A program made the position numbers and the translations under genes. Of a stretch of 64,000 bases of DNA, positions 10,521 to 21,100 are shown one piece after another. The notes under the pieces were generated by a model, which made no database searches, was not told the DNA's origin, and worked only from the letters and a program-made list of their open reading frames with translations. The first letter of the stretch is position 1, and each line of letters begins with the position of its first letter. The DNA is from Pelagomonas calceolata. Lineage: Eukaryota. Location of the stretch: assembly GCA_918797485.1 (NCBI GenBank), contig CAKKNE010000001.1:6200001-6264000 (forward strand), read 5' to 3'.

Positions 10521-11444
10521 TCACAATTCCGGCTTACTCGCGGCCGCGCGCGCCCGATGCTCCTCCGGCGTGAGCATCGTCGTCTCCCAGGTTTTTTCGC
10601 CGAAGACCACTTTCCCGTTCGTAAAGTTCTGCCAGTGGCCGGGGTGGTTGCAAGAGATCGATATGCGCGGCTCCGAGCCAAAGGTCGGCAAGACGCCGTG
10701 CGGCAGCGTCGCGGGAAATATCACCAAATTCCCCGCGCGCGGCGCCTTGCGGTACGTCACGTCGAAGGGCGGCATGGGCCCGCGCGGGTCGTTGAGCGAC
10801 AGCGCGCCGCCGTCGCCCGGCACGCTCAAGTACAAAGTGCCGGCCACGGACGAGCCGGCGTGCGTGTGCACGTCGTGGTGCGTCGCGTTCGCCTGCACGG
10901 CCGCCCAGCAGTAGCCGTTGCCCCTCTGTACATTCGGGTGCTGGTCGATCGTCGTCCACTCGATCGCGGTGCCCGCGTCGTTCGGCCGCTGATATAATAG
11001 AGGAGGCATCTCCGCCTGCTTCACGTATTCGCGGACCGCAAACACAAAGGCCTGCCAGACCGTCTCCAACGTGCGCATGGGCACCGGCGTGACGCTCTGC
11101 CACGCGAAGAACTTCTCATTATACCTATCCAGGTCCGCCTGCGTCCAGGCCGTGTCCGTCGGGTTCGTCACCCGATCCTTCTGGCCCGCCGCCTGGAAGG
11201 CGTCCCAGGCCTCGAGCACGTCCTTCGCGAACATGCAGAGCTGCTCCTCGTTGAACAGGCCGTCGTACTCCATCACGGGCGTCGCCCACAGAAACTCCAT
11301 CTTGCCTTTCGCTTGCCACTCGCCTCGGGCTGGTCGCAGCGTGCTCGTGAGGGTGATTGCAGTGATGGCGTGGCGCCAGGCGCCGCTGGCTGCGTGTGCA
11401 AGTAGCAGCATGGCTAGCCCGATCCTAGCTGTGGTGCAACGCAT
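10521..11444 (-). CDS. 2OG-Fe(II) oxygenase (TIGR02466-like) with N-terminal hydrophobic leader
   Basis: HDVHTHAGSSVAGTLYL, DPR, GNLVIFPATLPHGV, RISIS; C-terminal KPEL may be ER-retention-like. Confidence 0.75.
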   Translation of the reverse strand: MRCTTARIGLAMLLLAHAASGAWRHAITAITLTSTLRPARGEWQAKGKMEFLWATPVMEYDGLFNEEQLCMFAKDVLEAWDAFQAAGQKDRVTNPTDTAWTQADLDRYNEKFFAWQSVTPVPMRTLETVWQAFVFAVREYVKQAEMPPLLYQRPNDAGTAIEWTTIDQHPNVQRGNGYCWAAVQANATHHDVHTHAGSSVAGTLYLSVPGDGGALSLNDPRGPMPPFDVTYRKAPRAGNLVIFPATLPHGVLPTFGSEPRISISCNHPGHWQNFTNGKVVFGEKTWETTMLTPEEHRARAAASKPEL

Positions 11445-11747
11445 TTCGTCGGATTTCTTTGTGCGCCACGCCAAAAGCACAGCCAAAGTGCTTCGTAAGA
11501 AGCTTGCAATTCCACTGGTGCGCCGCTGCGTCGCGTACGGAGCTGATTGCAGTCTAACTCGCGGGTTTCGACCTCCCTGCAGTCGCATGCGTTTTGCAGT
11601 CGCTGTGTGCCTACACGGGCCGCAATTTGCTAATTGAACACTTCTTGGTTAGTGCCAGCCGTCGCCTTGATCCCCGGCGCGACAGCGGCTGCGCACAGAG
11701 CAGGCCCCTAGCTGGCAGCACTGCTGCAGCGCTCTCCAGGCACAGCG

Positions 11748-12704
11748 ATGGCGCGGCGCACTGTTATACGCCTTGCATTGCTCCTCCGCGCTACGGCATA
11801 CCTTTCGCCGCGAACTAGAATGAGTCGGACAGCGACGCGCCGCCACAACGCCTGGCCCGACAAGCCGCCCGCGCATCGCGACGCGCCGCGCGACGCGCGC
11901 GACGACGAGTGGGCGGCTTTGCTGGAGGAATCACGCGCGAGCGACCCGCGCCTCGCGGGCCGGCCGGCGCCGCGCGTCGAGCGGTTCACGTACGCAGTCG
12001 ACGGCGCCGACGACCGGACGGCGACGTTCTACGGCGCCGCGTTTACGGCCGCCGACGCGACGCCGCGACCGGGCGTCGTGCTCTTCCACACGGCCGCGGG
12101 CCCGCGCGACCGCTTCGTCGAGTGGATGGCCGAGCGCCTCGTCGCGGCGGGCTACACGGCGGTCGTCGCGGACCTCTACGGCGACGCGTGGGGCAGCGGC
12201 TGGGACGCGGCCTGGGCCGCGGGGCCGCGCGAACAGCTGAAGGACCCGGCCGTCCTCGCGGAGCGCGCGCTCGCGGCGCTGCGGTGCGCGCAGGCGCGGC
12301 CGGACGTCGACGCGGCGCGCTGCGGCGCCCTGGGCTGGTGCTTGGGTGGGCGGGCGGCCGTCACGCTCGCGTCGATGCGCCCCGCGGGCCTGCGGGCGGC
12401 GGTGTCGTTCCACGGCGTCTTCGACGCCGAGTGTCTCCGGGAGGCGCTCCAGACGGACGAGCCGCCGCCGGGGCTGCTCCTGTGCCACGGGCTCGCGGAC
12501 CCCTTCGTGCCGGCGTTCGAGGCCACGGTGGCGGCGCTCGTGGAGCGCGGCCTGCCGACGTTCGCGAGCTGCTTCCCCTTCGCGAAGCACGGGTTCACGA
12601 ACCCGGCCCAGGCGCTGAATTCGGCGGACGCGTTCGCCTACGACGCCGTCGCCGCGGAGGCGGCGTGGAGGAGGGCGGAGGAGGAGCTCGAGCGTTTGTT
12701 GTGA
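11748..12704 (+). CDS. Dienelactone hydrolase family protein with N-terminal leader
   Basis: GWCLGG nucleophile motif, VSFHG, HGLADPFV, KHGFTNP, AAEAAW. Confidence 0.88.
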   Translation: MARRTVIRLALLLRATAYLSPRTRMSRTATRRHNAWPDKPPAHRDAPRDARDDEWAALLEESRASDPRLAGRPAPRVERFTYAVDGADDRTATFYGAAFTAADATPRPGVVLFHTAAGPRDRFVEWMAERLVAAGYTAVVADLYGDAWGSGWDAAWAAGPREQLKDPAVLAERALAALRCAQARPDVDAARCGALGWCLGGRAAVTLASMRPAGLRAAVSFHGVFDAECLREALQTDEPPPGLLLCHGLADPFVPAFEATVAALVERGLPTFASCFPFAKHGFTNPAQALNSADAFAYDAVAAEAAWRRAEEELERLL

Positions 12705-12766
12705 TCTTGTAAATACATCTTTCTAATACATCTTATACACTATATCTTTGCACATTCCCGGGCGAC

Positions 12767-13249
12767 TCACGCGAGGCCCGACCCGTCGAGGAGCGACGCC
12801 TCGAGGGGCGCCTCGACACCAGCGCGTTCTGGAGCGCAGCACGGCGGCGCGGCGGCGCGGTCGGTGCGGAAGAGGGCGTGCCCCAGGGCGACGCCGGTAA
12901 TCGCGGATATGAATAATTCGACGGCGTAGGTCATCGCCGCGAGCATCAAAAGGTAGCCGAGCGCCAGCTGGAGCCCATAGCCCATAGCAGCCTCGCAGCG
13001 GCCCGCGAGGCCCTTCTCGGCGCGTGACCGTCGGACGGCGACGAGCGCTTCCGCGCCGACGCCTAACGCGACGACACCGAGGCACGCGACGATAAATTTG
13101 GCCGCCGTGTCGAGTTTGAATGCGTTAATGTAAAGAGCGAGGCACGTGCTTTGTCGACTGAAGGCGCTCTGGAAACCGTTCATGTACATGGCGCCCGTCG
13201 CATCGCCGCAGAATCCGTCCACCGGACCATCGTCCATCTCCATCGGCAT
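12767..13249 (-). CDS. Ctr-family copper transporter
   Basis: Met-rich N-terminus (MPMEM..MYM), GYLLMLAAMTY (MxxxM), GVALG (GxxxG). Confidence 0.85.
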   Translation of the reverse strand: MPMEMDDGPVDGFCGDATGAMYMNGFQSAFSRQSTCLALYINAFKLDTAAKFIVACLGVVALGVGAEALVAVRRSRAEKGLAGRCEAAMGYGLQLALGYLLMLAAMTYAVELFISAITGVALGHALFRTDRAAAPPCCAPERAGVEAPLEASLLDGSGLA

Positions 13250-13740
13250 CTTTGATCGCATCTATTCACGTGCGCTGCGCTTGCTCTGCGAGGCCAGCCT
13301 ACCGAGTCAGCCTGTTTGTTAGGGTAAGCGTCTTGGTATTGCCACAGCTGTTGAAGGAGTCGAAACCAGACCCTGGGCCGTCCAAATCCAAGATGCGACT
13401 TGTTTACGCGCCAGTTACGCCGCGCTCGGCTCGGCACAAATCGCGACGTCTGCAGCTGGCGGGTTTCGGACCCGCCGCGAAGGAGCAATTTCTTCGTCGC
13501 ATGCCAAAACGATAGTGGTGCAACGCCTAGTGCGAAGTTTAAACGCAGAGAGAGCCCCCACAGGAAATCTCCTGGAGCACATTTTGTGCAACGCATCGCA
13601 TGGCATTTTTCACGCCGCCCGTGGACCCGCAGACTACGAAAGCCGCACGATCGTCTCCACTGCGTGGCCCCGGCTGCCCCCTCCCGGGAAACACCGTGTG
13701 TCACGCAGTACCTCTTGTGCCCTTAGGCAATCACAAGACA

Positions 13741-14001
13741 ATGACATCCAAGCAGCGCGAGTCGAAGAAGCGGGCCCGGAGGAAAGAAAACCAGAAGCCA
13801 AAGCCATCAGCGAAGCCGCCGACCAAGGCCGCTAGCGCAAAAAAAACGAAGCGCCGCTTGCAGTCGCTTCGGCGGCGCGCGGAGAGACAAGATCGGACGC
13901 CGAAGCTCACGCGTCGCGACGAGCACTCGTCCCTCGCCAAATCGCTTGGCGTCCGGTCGCTCGATCTCTTTCGCTCGTTCTGTCCGCACGAGAGTTTCTG
14001 A
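13741..14001 (+). CDS. Possible small basic (Lys/Arg-rich) protein
   Basis: ATG-started 86-aa ORF in an otherwise unexplained interval; no recognisable domain. Confidence 0.3.
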   Translation: MTSKQRESKKRARRKENQKPKPSAKPPTKAASAKKTKRRLQSLRRRAERQDRTPKLTRRDEHSSLAKSLGVRSLDLFRSFCPHESF

Positions 14002-14261
14002 GAACGCGCTTCTCTCGCAGGCCCGGCAGCCGTGAACTCGGATGTCGGCCCGCCGCGCTGTCGCGTTTCCCCGTCTCCCTCTTGTGTGTACCCCTTCCCC
14101 CAGACTAAGAATAAAAAACAACCCTATCTTTAGTAGACTAGGACTGCGTGCCGTTTCTAGAGCCCCTGCGACTCTAGCTCGACTGCTCTGCCGCTCGACA
14201 GCGCTGTGCTCGACAGCGTGTGATGCTGTGAGTTTATAAAGTGGCAGTCTCGCCGCCATCG

Positions 14262-14987
14262 ATGCGACCCTGCGCGCTGTTCTGCCTCCTGGCACCACCG
14301 ACCATGGCCTGGCAGCATCTCAAGGAGATCAAAGACCCGCAGACCTACGAAGCGCTGCTGTACGAACCGCAGGGGAGCGGCCCGTGGCCTCTGCTACTGT
14401 ACCTGCACGGCGCCGGCGAATCCGGCAGCAACGTGGCCGATCTCATATCGGAAGGCGCCACCGGCACGCCTCCGGTGGCGCTGGAGAAGGGTAACGCCAT
14501 CGAAGCGCTGTCGACGCAATTCGTCGTGGTTGCCCCACAGACGAGTCGCGGCTGGGCTCCCGACGAAGTCGCGGCATTCGTCAAATTCCTGCAGGGGCGG
14601 CTGTCGCTGGACGCGTCGCGGCTCTACGTGACAGGTCACAGCATGGGTGGCTCCGGCGCACTCCACGCCGCGACGACTGGCGTCTTCGCCGCCTGTGCAG
14701 CGGTGGCGCCGGCGGGCGGCGCGCGGCCGCGAGACCTGATGCAGGTGCCCGTGTGGGCGTTCCACGGCCGCAACGACGTCATCGTGCCCGCGGCCATCTC
14801 GGAGCGGCTCATCACCGCGATGCACCGCGCCGGGGCGAGTCCCGACCAGGCGCGATTGACTCTCTACGACGAAGCCCCGACGCCGCCCGGCTGGCCAAGT
14901 TCGGTCGGCCACGCGTCGACGATCCCCGCCTACTCGGATCCGGAGCTGTATGGTTGGTTGCTGCGTCATACGAAGTCCGCAGTGTAA
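14262..14987 (+). CDS. Alpha/beta-hydrolase (predicted esterase/peptidase) with signal peptide
   Basis: LLYLHGAGESG, YVTGHSMGG (GxSxG), WAFHGRNDVIV, GH. Confidence 0.85.
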   Translation: MRPCALFCLLAPPTMAWQHLKEIKDPQTYEALLYEPQGSGPWPLLLYLHGAGESGSNVADLISEGATGTPPVALEKGNAIEALSTQFVVVAPQTSRGWAPDEVAAFVKFLQGRLSLDASRLYVTGHSMGGSGALHAATTGVFAACAAVAPAGGARPRDLMQVPVWAFHGRNDVIVPAAISERLITAMHRAGASPDQARLTLYDEAPTPPGWPSSVGHASTIPAYSDPELYGWLLRHTKSAV

Positions 14988-15375
14988 TTTCATCTTGTTT
15001 GTATGTCCTTTGCTGGCATCGGCGCGTCGCGGCTCCGCACGCCCGCGAATGCCCCAAAAAACGAGATAGCGAAAGACGACCAACCCCGCTCGGTGCAGCC
15101 GGCCCGTAGGAGAGTTCCCCGGGCCAATTTCGTTTATTGATGTAGGCTAGCCAAACTAGGGCAAGGCCACGGAGCATCCAGCCAGCGTGGACGGTGCGTT
15201 GCGTCGAACGCTCACGACTACGCGCCAAGGACACAGCGGCTGCTACGGCAACGCGAATCTGTACAAATACCTTACACTGGGCGGGCTGAGCTTTGACGCT
15301 GTCTAAAATCGCTTGCATCGCTCAGCAAAAAGTTGTGACATCACGCTGCTACCATCGCCCAGACGCGCCGCCGCG

Positions 15376-16320
15376 ATGAAATCCCCCCTCCAAAAAACGC
15401 GAGCAGCCCTGAAAAGGAGCCGGCAGAACCTCGCCAAGCTCGCAGCCTCGAAGCGAGACGCCACGAGCGGCCTGCCCGTCTTCGAGGCCGACACGTACGC
15501 GCGGTCGCCGTCCGAGTCGTCTCTGACAAAAGCCAAGCGCAGCGACTACAACCTCAAGGAGCTGTCCGAGTCGTCCGAGTCGTCCGACGAGGAGGCCGGC
15601 CCGCGTTTGCCCCGCAAGGCCGACGCCAAGGGCCGGCGGTCCTGGGCGCTCGTGCTCGTCGCGGCGGCGTGCCTCGGCGGCGCCGGCTACGCGGCGACGC
15701 GCTCGGCGAAGCCGACGCCGGTCCTCCACGCGGACCGCTCGCTGCGCACGGCGACGGACCTCTTCCGGAAAGCCGCGACGGCCGACGGCCTCCGGAGCGC
15801 CGAGTTCACGCGCGCGACCGACGCTCTCAATCCGTTTCTCGAGGCGCTCCACCTGGGCCTCGCGCCGCTCGTGCGCGTTAACGTGGTCAAGCTGCAGAAC
15901 GCCGGCGCCGAGAAGACGCAGGACTCGATAGAAACGCTGGTCCGGGCCGAGCGGCGCGCGGGAACCGACGACGAGGACGCGTCCGTTTCCGTCGCGGTCC
16001 TCTGGAACGGGCGCATCCTCCGGCTCTGCGAGCGGCTGATCCGCGACGTCGTCAAATCGGACGCGCCCATGCCGCAGCTGGCGCACCGCGCGTACAAGAC
16101 GACGCTCGAGCCGCACCACAACTGGATCATGCGGTCGGGCGCGCGCGCGCTGCTGCGCCTGACGCCGGACCGGCGGACGCTCTTCGAGACGCGGCTCGGT
16201 TATGAGGCAGACGGCCCGGCGCTCCGGGCGGACCTCGAGGCCTTCGCGGCCGCGGTGCGCGCGTGCGTCGACCGCCTGGACGCGCTTTATCGAGAGGCGG
16301 ACAGCCGGGAGCGGCTTTGA
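15376..16320 (+). CDS. Glycolipid transfer protein (GLTP) domain protein with an upstream TM segment
   Basis: NVVKL, VLWNGRILR, AYKTTLEPHHNWIMR GLTP motifs; hydrophobic WALVLVAAACLGGAGY. Confidence 0.75.
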   Translation: MKSPLQKTRAALKRSRQNLAKLAASKRDATSGLPVFEADTYARSPSESSLTKAKRSDYNLKELSESSESSDEEAGPRLPRKADAKGRRSWALVLVAAACLGGAGYAATRSAKPTPVLHADRSLRTATDLFRKAATADGLRSAEFTRATDALNPFLEALHLGLAPLVRVNVVKLQNAGAEKTQDSIETLVRAERRAGTDDEDASVSVAVLWNGRILRLCERLIRDVVKSDAPMPQLAHRAYKTTLEPHHNWIMRSGARALLRLTPDRRTLFETRLGYEADGPALRADLEAFAAAVRACVDRLDALYREADSRERL

Positions 16321-16437
16321 TCACCTACCACGCCATGTGAAAGAAGTGTAATCTGTTTTAATCGAACGTCTGCTCGACGGCGTAGGGGAGAAGATCAGCG
16401 TACAGGTACTTAGTGAGTATTCATGCGAACCCTCAGT

Positions 16438-16965
16438 CTAGCACTGAGCCTCGACGGCCTCGAGCGCGTCGACGAAGCTCGAGGCCTCGAAGGCCTTCCC
16501 GTCGAGCGCGCAGCCGGCCGTCGCGAGCGTCAGCGACGTCTTCGCGGTCATGAGCCGCTTGGACGCCTTCGTGTACTTTGTCTCGAAGGCGAAGTAGGGC
16601 GAGTGCTCCGTCGGCATCCAGCCCTCGAGCTCGTCGTCCTCGACGCCGTAGATGGCCTGCTTGTACTTGTTGCTGAGGTCGCAGAGCGAGAAGCCGAGGT
16701 TGAAGTCGTTTTGTTGGAGGAACACCGACGCCGGGCCCTTGGTCAGCTGCTGCGAGTGCACGAGCCCGCCGGGGTTCGTCACGCGGATGCTCAGCGCGCC
16801 GGCGCCGTCGGACTCGAGCGCGATGGCGTGGCCCGCCGCGAAGGCGTAATTTAAAGCCGGGAACGAGCGCTTCGCGTCGGCCGTGTTTCTGAGAGAGTCG
16901 GGCAGGTCGAGCGTCGTCTCGTTGTCCTCCAGGCCTACTATTCTCGGGGCGACGGCTGTTGCCAT
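16438..16965 (-). CDS. Hypothetical protein (175 aa)
   Basis: ATG start in an A-rich context and strong GC3 codon bias; no family recognised. Confidence 0.6.
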   Translation of the reverse strand: MATAVAPRIVGLEDNETTLDLPDSLRNTADAKRSFPALNYAFAAGHAIALESDGAGALSIRVTNPGGLVHSQQLTKGPASVFLQQNDFNLGFSLCDLSNKYKQAIYGVEDDELEGWMPTEHSPYFAFETKYTKASKRLMTAKTSLTLATAGCALDGKAFEASSFVDALEAVEAQC

Positions 16966-17205
16966 TTTGTTTTTGCGCCTTGTGAGAAGCGGTGAGAGCC
17001 TGTTGGGCTTTGCGAGAGCTTTTTGAAGCTTCTAGGGCGAATTGACCCGTGAAAATGCTGTGGGGGCAGCGCTATGACACAAGTAATACTCCCCTGCAGC
17101 ACAACGTGTCGGCGATGTCTAGTCGCGCAGTTACAGCGCGATATTGTCGAGTCTTCTGCCCCTACTATACCCGCACGAAACTGAACACGAACTCTTAGAG
17201 GAGTC

Positions 17206-17670
17206 CTACCACGACAGCGCCGCCAGCCCGGCGGCGGCCAAGGTCGACCCGCCCATGACGAGGTACGACGACTTCTCGGCGTCCTTGTTGTTGAGCATCG
17301 TCTCCGGCTTGCGGTCCCAGAGCGTGTGGCGCAGCGCGCCGGCGTAGTGGTACGTCAGCGGGAAGGCGACGATGAATTTCACGGGGTAGCACGACACCGC
17401 CGTCGCGAGCGCGGCCATGTCGACGCCGGCGAGCGAGCCCGCGGCGACGCCGCCGACGCCGACGCTCAGGAGGACGCCCGTCACGCGCTGCGTGATCGAG
17501 CTGATGGCGACGGCCGGGAAGGCGTAGGTCGTCACGTGCGGGCTCATGGGCCTTCCTAATTTTTCTTGGCGCTCGGTGTACTTCGGCCGCGGCGTCGGGA
17601 TCGCGCTGAACGCGGCGCTCTGGGCTCGCAGCGGCTGCGCCAGGCGCGCGAGGGTCGTGCGGAGGGCCAT
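17206..17670 (-). CDS. SDHC: Succinate dehydrogenase cytochrome b560 subunit
   Basis: Mitochondrial presequence MALRTTLARL; RPMSPHVTTY, SSITQRVTG, YHYAGALRHTLWD. Confidence 0.92.
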   Translation of the reverse strand: MALRTTLARLAQPLRAQSAAFSAIPTPRPKYTERQEKLGRPMSPHVTTYAFPAVAISSITQRVTGVLLSVGVGGVAAGSLAGVDMAALATAVSCYPVKFIVAFPLTYHYAGALRHTLWDRKPETMLNNKDAEKSSYLVMGGSTLAAAGLAALSW

Positions 17671-18100
17671 CTGTCTGGAAGGAGGACCGTGTTTCAACCG
17701 ATTAAAACCCAGCGAGGCGCCTCTTGCACGCAGAAACACGGCTGAGGGCACTGAGGGCTATTTCTCCGCCGCGAGGGCCTGGGAGACAATATGGACTTCG
17801 GTGAGGCTTGAAACTACCCGGGCGTCGATGAAACACACGCTTGCGTGTTCTGGAAGTTCGCAGCGGCGACGTCTAGCGCAGGCAAAAGTGGTGGAACAAG
17901 TAATGATCTAGGTAATGACACTAGCCGCATTTTTCACGAGTCTTCCACCCCCCCACGCCTCGGCCAAACAAGGAGAATGATGCTACGGGCAAAATCCCGG
18001 AAGCCCCCCATTTTACAAACCATGAGAGGAGGAGGTCCGCTAGCTAGGCAGCCCAGCCAATCGCAAAGCATGATGGAACGATGAAAGAGATGCAGTTACA

Positions 18101-21100
18101 ATGATGCGACTAGCAGCATTCGTCGCAGTAGCGCTCGCAGCGGAGGAGCTTCCGCGCTACGCGACCACTAAAAGCCCAAACCAGCCACCCAGCATAAGCT
18201 ACTCCGGGCCGAAGGTAGCGGTGGACGAGGGCGAACGCTTTGACCTGAATATTGATGTAAGCGACGCCGACGTCGACGAGGACTACGCGGGGCAGCTCGA
18301 CGTCGTTTGTGCGGGCGGCCGCCTCGACGTCTCAAGCAAAGCGGGCCTCCGTTTCAGGGACGCCGCCGACGGCGTCGCGTTCCGCGGGCCCCAGGCCTTC
18401 GTGCGGAAGGCGCTCCAGCCATTAGTCTACACGGCGCCTTCGAAAGGGCGGGGCGGAGATGCAACAATACGATGCACGGTCGACGACCTCGGGTACTCCG
18501 GCGTGGGCGGGCCGCGCAACGCCACGGTCGCTATTCCAATCACCATAAAAAACGTGAACGACGCACCCATCATCAACGCGCCGGCGATGCTCGAGGTCCG
18601 CGGCGAGGAGCCTTTACCAATCTCCATGGTGGATCCGGACAGCGACGTGCTTTCCTTGACCCTCCGGGCGTCGCACGGCGCGCTGCGGTGGGCGGGCGGC
18701 GACGCGGCTTCGGTGCTGGAGGCGTCGGGGTCCTCTGATAGGCTCGCCGAGAGGCTCCTCAGTTTAACGTACGTGCCGCCCCCGGGATACGACGGCCTCG
18801 CGACCGTCAGTGTAACAGCAGACGACCGCGAGGCCCAGACGAGCATGACGATCGCGCTGCGCGTGCGAAGAGACGACGCCAAGCCGGTCCTCAGTTTACA
18901 AGCTATCAAAGCGAGAAGGGGCGAGCCCACAAAAGTGCTGCGCGCCACGGTCGAGGGCGACGCGGACGCGGTCCTGCAAGTTAAAGTTGTGGCCGATAAT
19001 GGCGCATTGACGCTGCCGGAGGCGCCGCCCGGGGCCTACGTGCGCACCCGCAGTGGCACAGAGGTCGCGTTCGACGCGGGGCCGGGAGCCGTCGCCAGCA
19101 CGCTCGCCGCGACGACGTACGACGGCGACGCGGGTGTGATCCGCGTGAGCATTGACGGGGATGAAACGTCGGTCAATATAGAAATTGAGGAGAAGGAGGA
19201 GGCCGTCACGCTCGTCCGCGACGAGCCGATCGTCATCGCGCACTTGAAGACCAATGGAGCCATCAAAACGGAGGAGGACACGAACGCGACCTTCGCCATC
19301 ACACTCGTCGCGAAAGGAAGCACTATTCACGAGGTCGAGGTGACCGGGAACCGGCTGGGTGTCGTGGACTTCGGCCGCGAGGAACACGGGAACATACATA
19401 AGCGGACGCGGCGCGGCGTCTGGGTCCGCGGCAACGCGACGATGGTCAACGACGTGCTCACGTCGTTGGTCTTCGCGCCGGCTGCTGATAGGCACGGCAC
19501 CGCGTACGTCGACCTCAGTCTTGATGGTGTCACAACAACACCGCTCCCGTGCGTCGTGCGCGCCGTCGCCGACCCTTTGGTGGTTGCGTGGGGCGAGGCC
19601 GTGCCCGGGGACTTCCTGCCTCCTCTGATGATCGACGACGCCGACGACGCCGACGGCCTCTTCGAGGTTCTTTTGAAGGGCGACGTCGAGGCGCCCGCCG
19701 TGCCCGGCGTTTACCAATCCAAAACCGAGGCCGGCCTCTTACTAAAAGGCGGCCTGGCGCGGCTGCCCCTCGACCGCCTCACGGGAAAGGGAAGGGTCGA
19801 GGCGACGGTCGCGTGCGGGGACCGCTCGTCAAAAGCGACGCTCGTCGCGCACGCGTCGTCATCCAAGGCGACGGCCCACGCGTTCGACGACGGCGGCGCC
19901 GCGGTGGTTGTTGGAAGCGAGGACGAGAGTCTCGCGTTGGACCTGCGCCTCCGGGCCGGCGGCGACCCGACCGCGGGCCTCGAGGTCGTTATTGAAGCGG
20001 GCGTCGGGTCCCTGACGGTTGTCAATAAACCGCCCGGCGTCGACGTTGTCGATGACGAGTACGTCACGCTCCGCGCGAGCGCGGCGGACCTCAATACGGG
20101 GTTAAAAGCTTTACGTTACGCGCCCCCGGAGGACTGGCACGGCACGGACCTCGTGAATGCAACCCTTAAAGACCTCAAGGGCAACTACATCAGCGCGCGC
20201 TCGCTGCTGGTGACGATCGACGCTGTGGACGACGCGCCGCGGATCACGACAAACAACTTTCAAGCTTCAACGCCGTCGACGCGCCTCGACGACGCGATTT
20301 CTGTGGAGGACGTCGACGACGGCGGCCTCGTCCGCGTCGCCCTGACCCCGAAGCTCGGCTCTTTGACGCTCAAGCGGCCGGCGCTCGCTGGCGTGACGAT
20401 AGAAGAGGGCGCGGGGTTAATAATCCTGGGCGCCGCGGACCGCGTCTCGGACGCGCTGCGGCGCATCGACTACGTCTATCCGCGCGCGACGTCGGAAGAT
20501 GACTTGATTGCGATACGGGCCGCCGACGTCGACGGCCAGCTGGCCGAGGGGCTCTTTTCCGTTGATGAAGTTGTGGTCCGGCGCCCGGATCAAATTAATG
20601 GGCGGCCCGTACTCACGTTGGAGCGGTCATCTATAAAAGCGACGGAGGGGGACCGCGTGGCGCTGCCGCGGTGCGTCGTCGATGATCATGAGGCCGCGGC
20701 CTTCTCTCAAACGGTGCACGTGGTGCTCCACGCCATGCAATCAAACGCGCGCTTCCTGGTCGTAGACACGGAGGGCGTCGAGGTACTGAATGAAGACAAC
20801 GTGCTGCGGCTGACGGGCACGCCCGCGCTCCTCACAGAAGTGCTCGACCGTGTGTCGGTGGCCTACCCCGCCGCGTGGTGCGGCGCCGACGTCGTGACCT
20901 ACGCCGCTTCGGATGGCGAGGGCCTGCGCGCGCGCAACGCGACGGTCGCCGTCTCCCTTGAAGCCGCGAACGACGCCCCTTTGGTAACGTTGGAGGCGTC
21001 CGACGCCACGGCGAGCGTCGGCGACGCCGTCGTCGTTGCAGCGACGTTCTCAGATAACGACGCGAACGGCTGCGGCGACGCTATCATTAAAGCGACGTAC

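Noticed and set aside
18..16320. Possible biosynthetic gene cluster (methyltransferase, hydroxylase-sulfotransferase, GT61, oxygenase, hydrolases)
   Set aside because: There is no core synthase, predicted localisations are mixed, and housekeeping genes are interspersed
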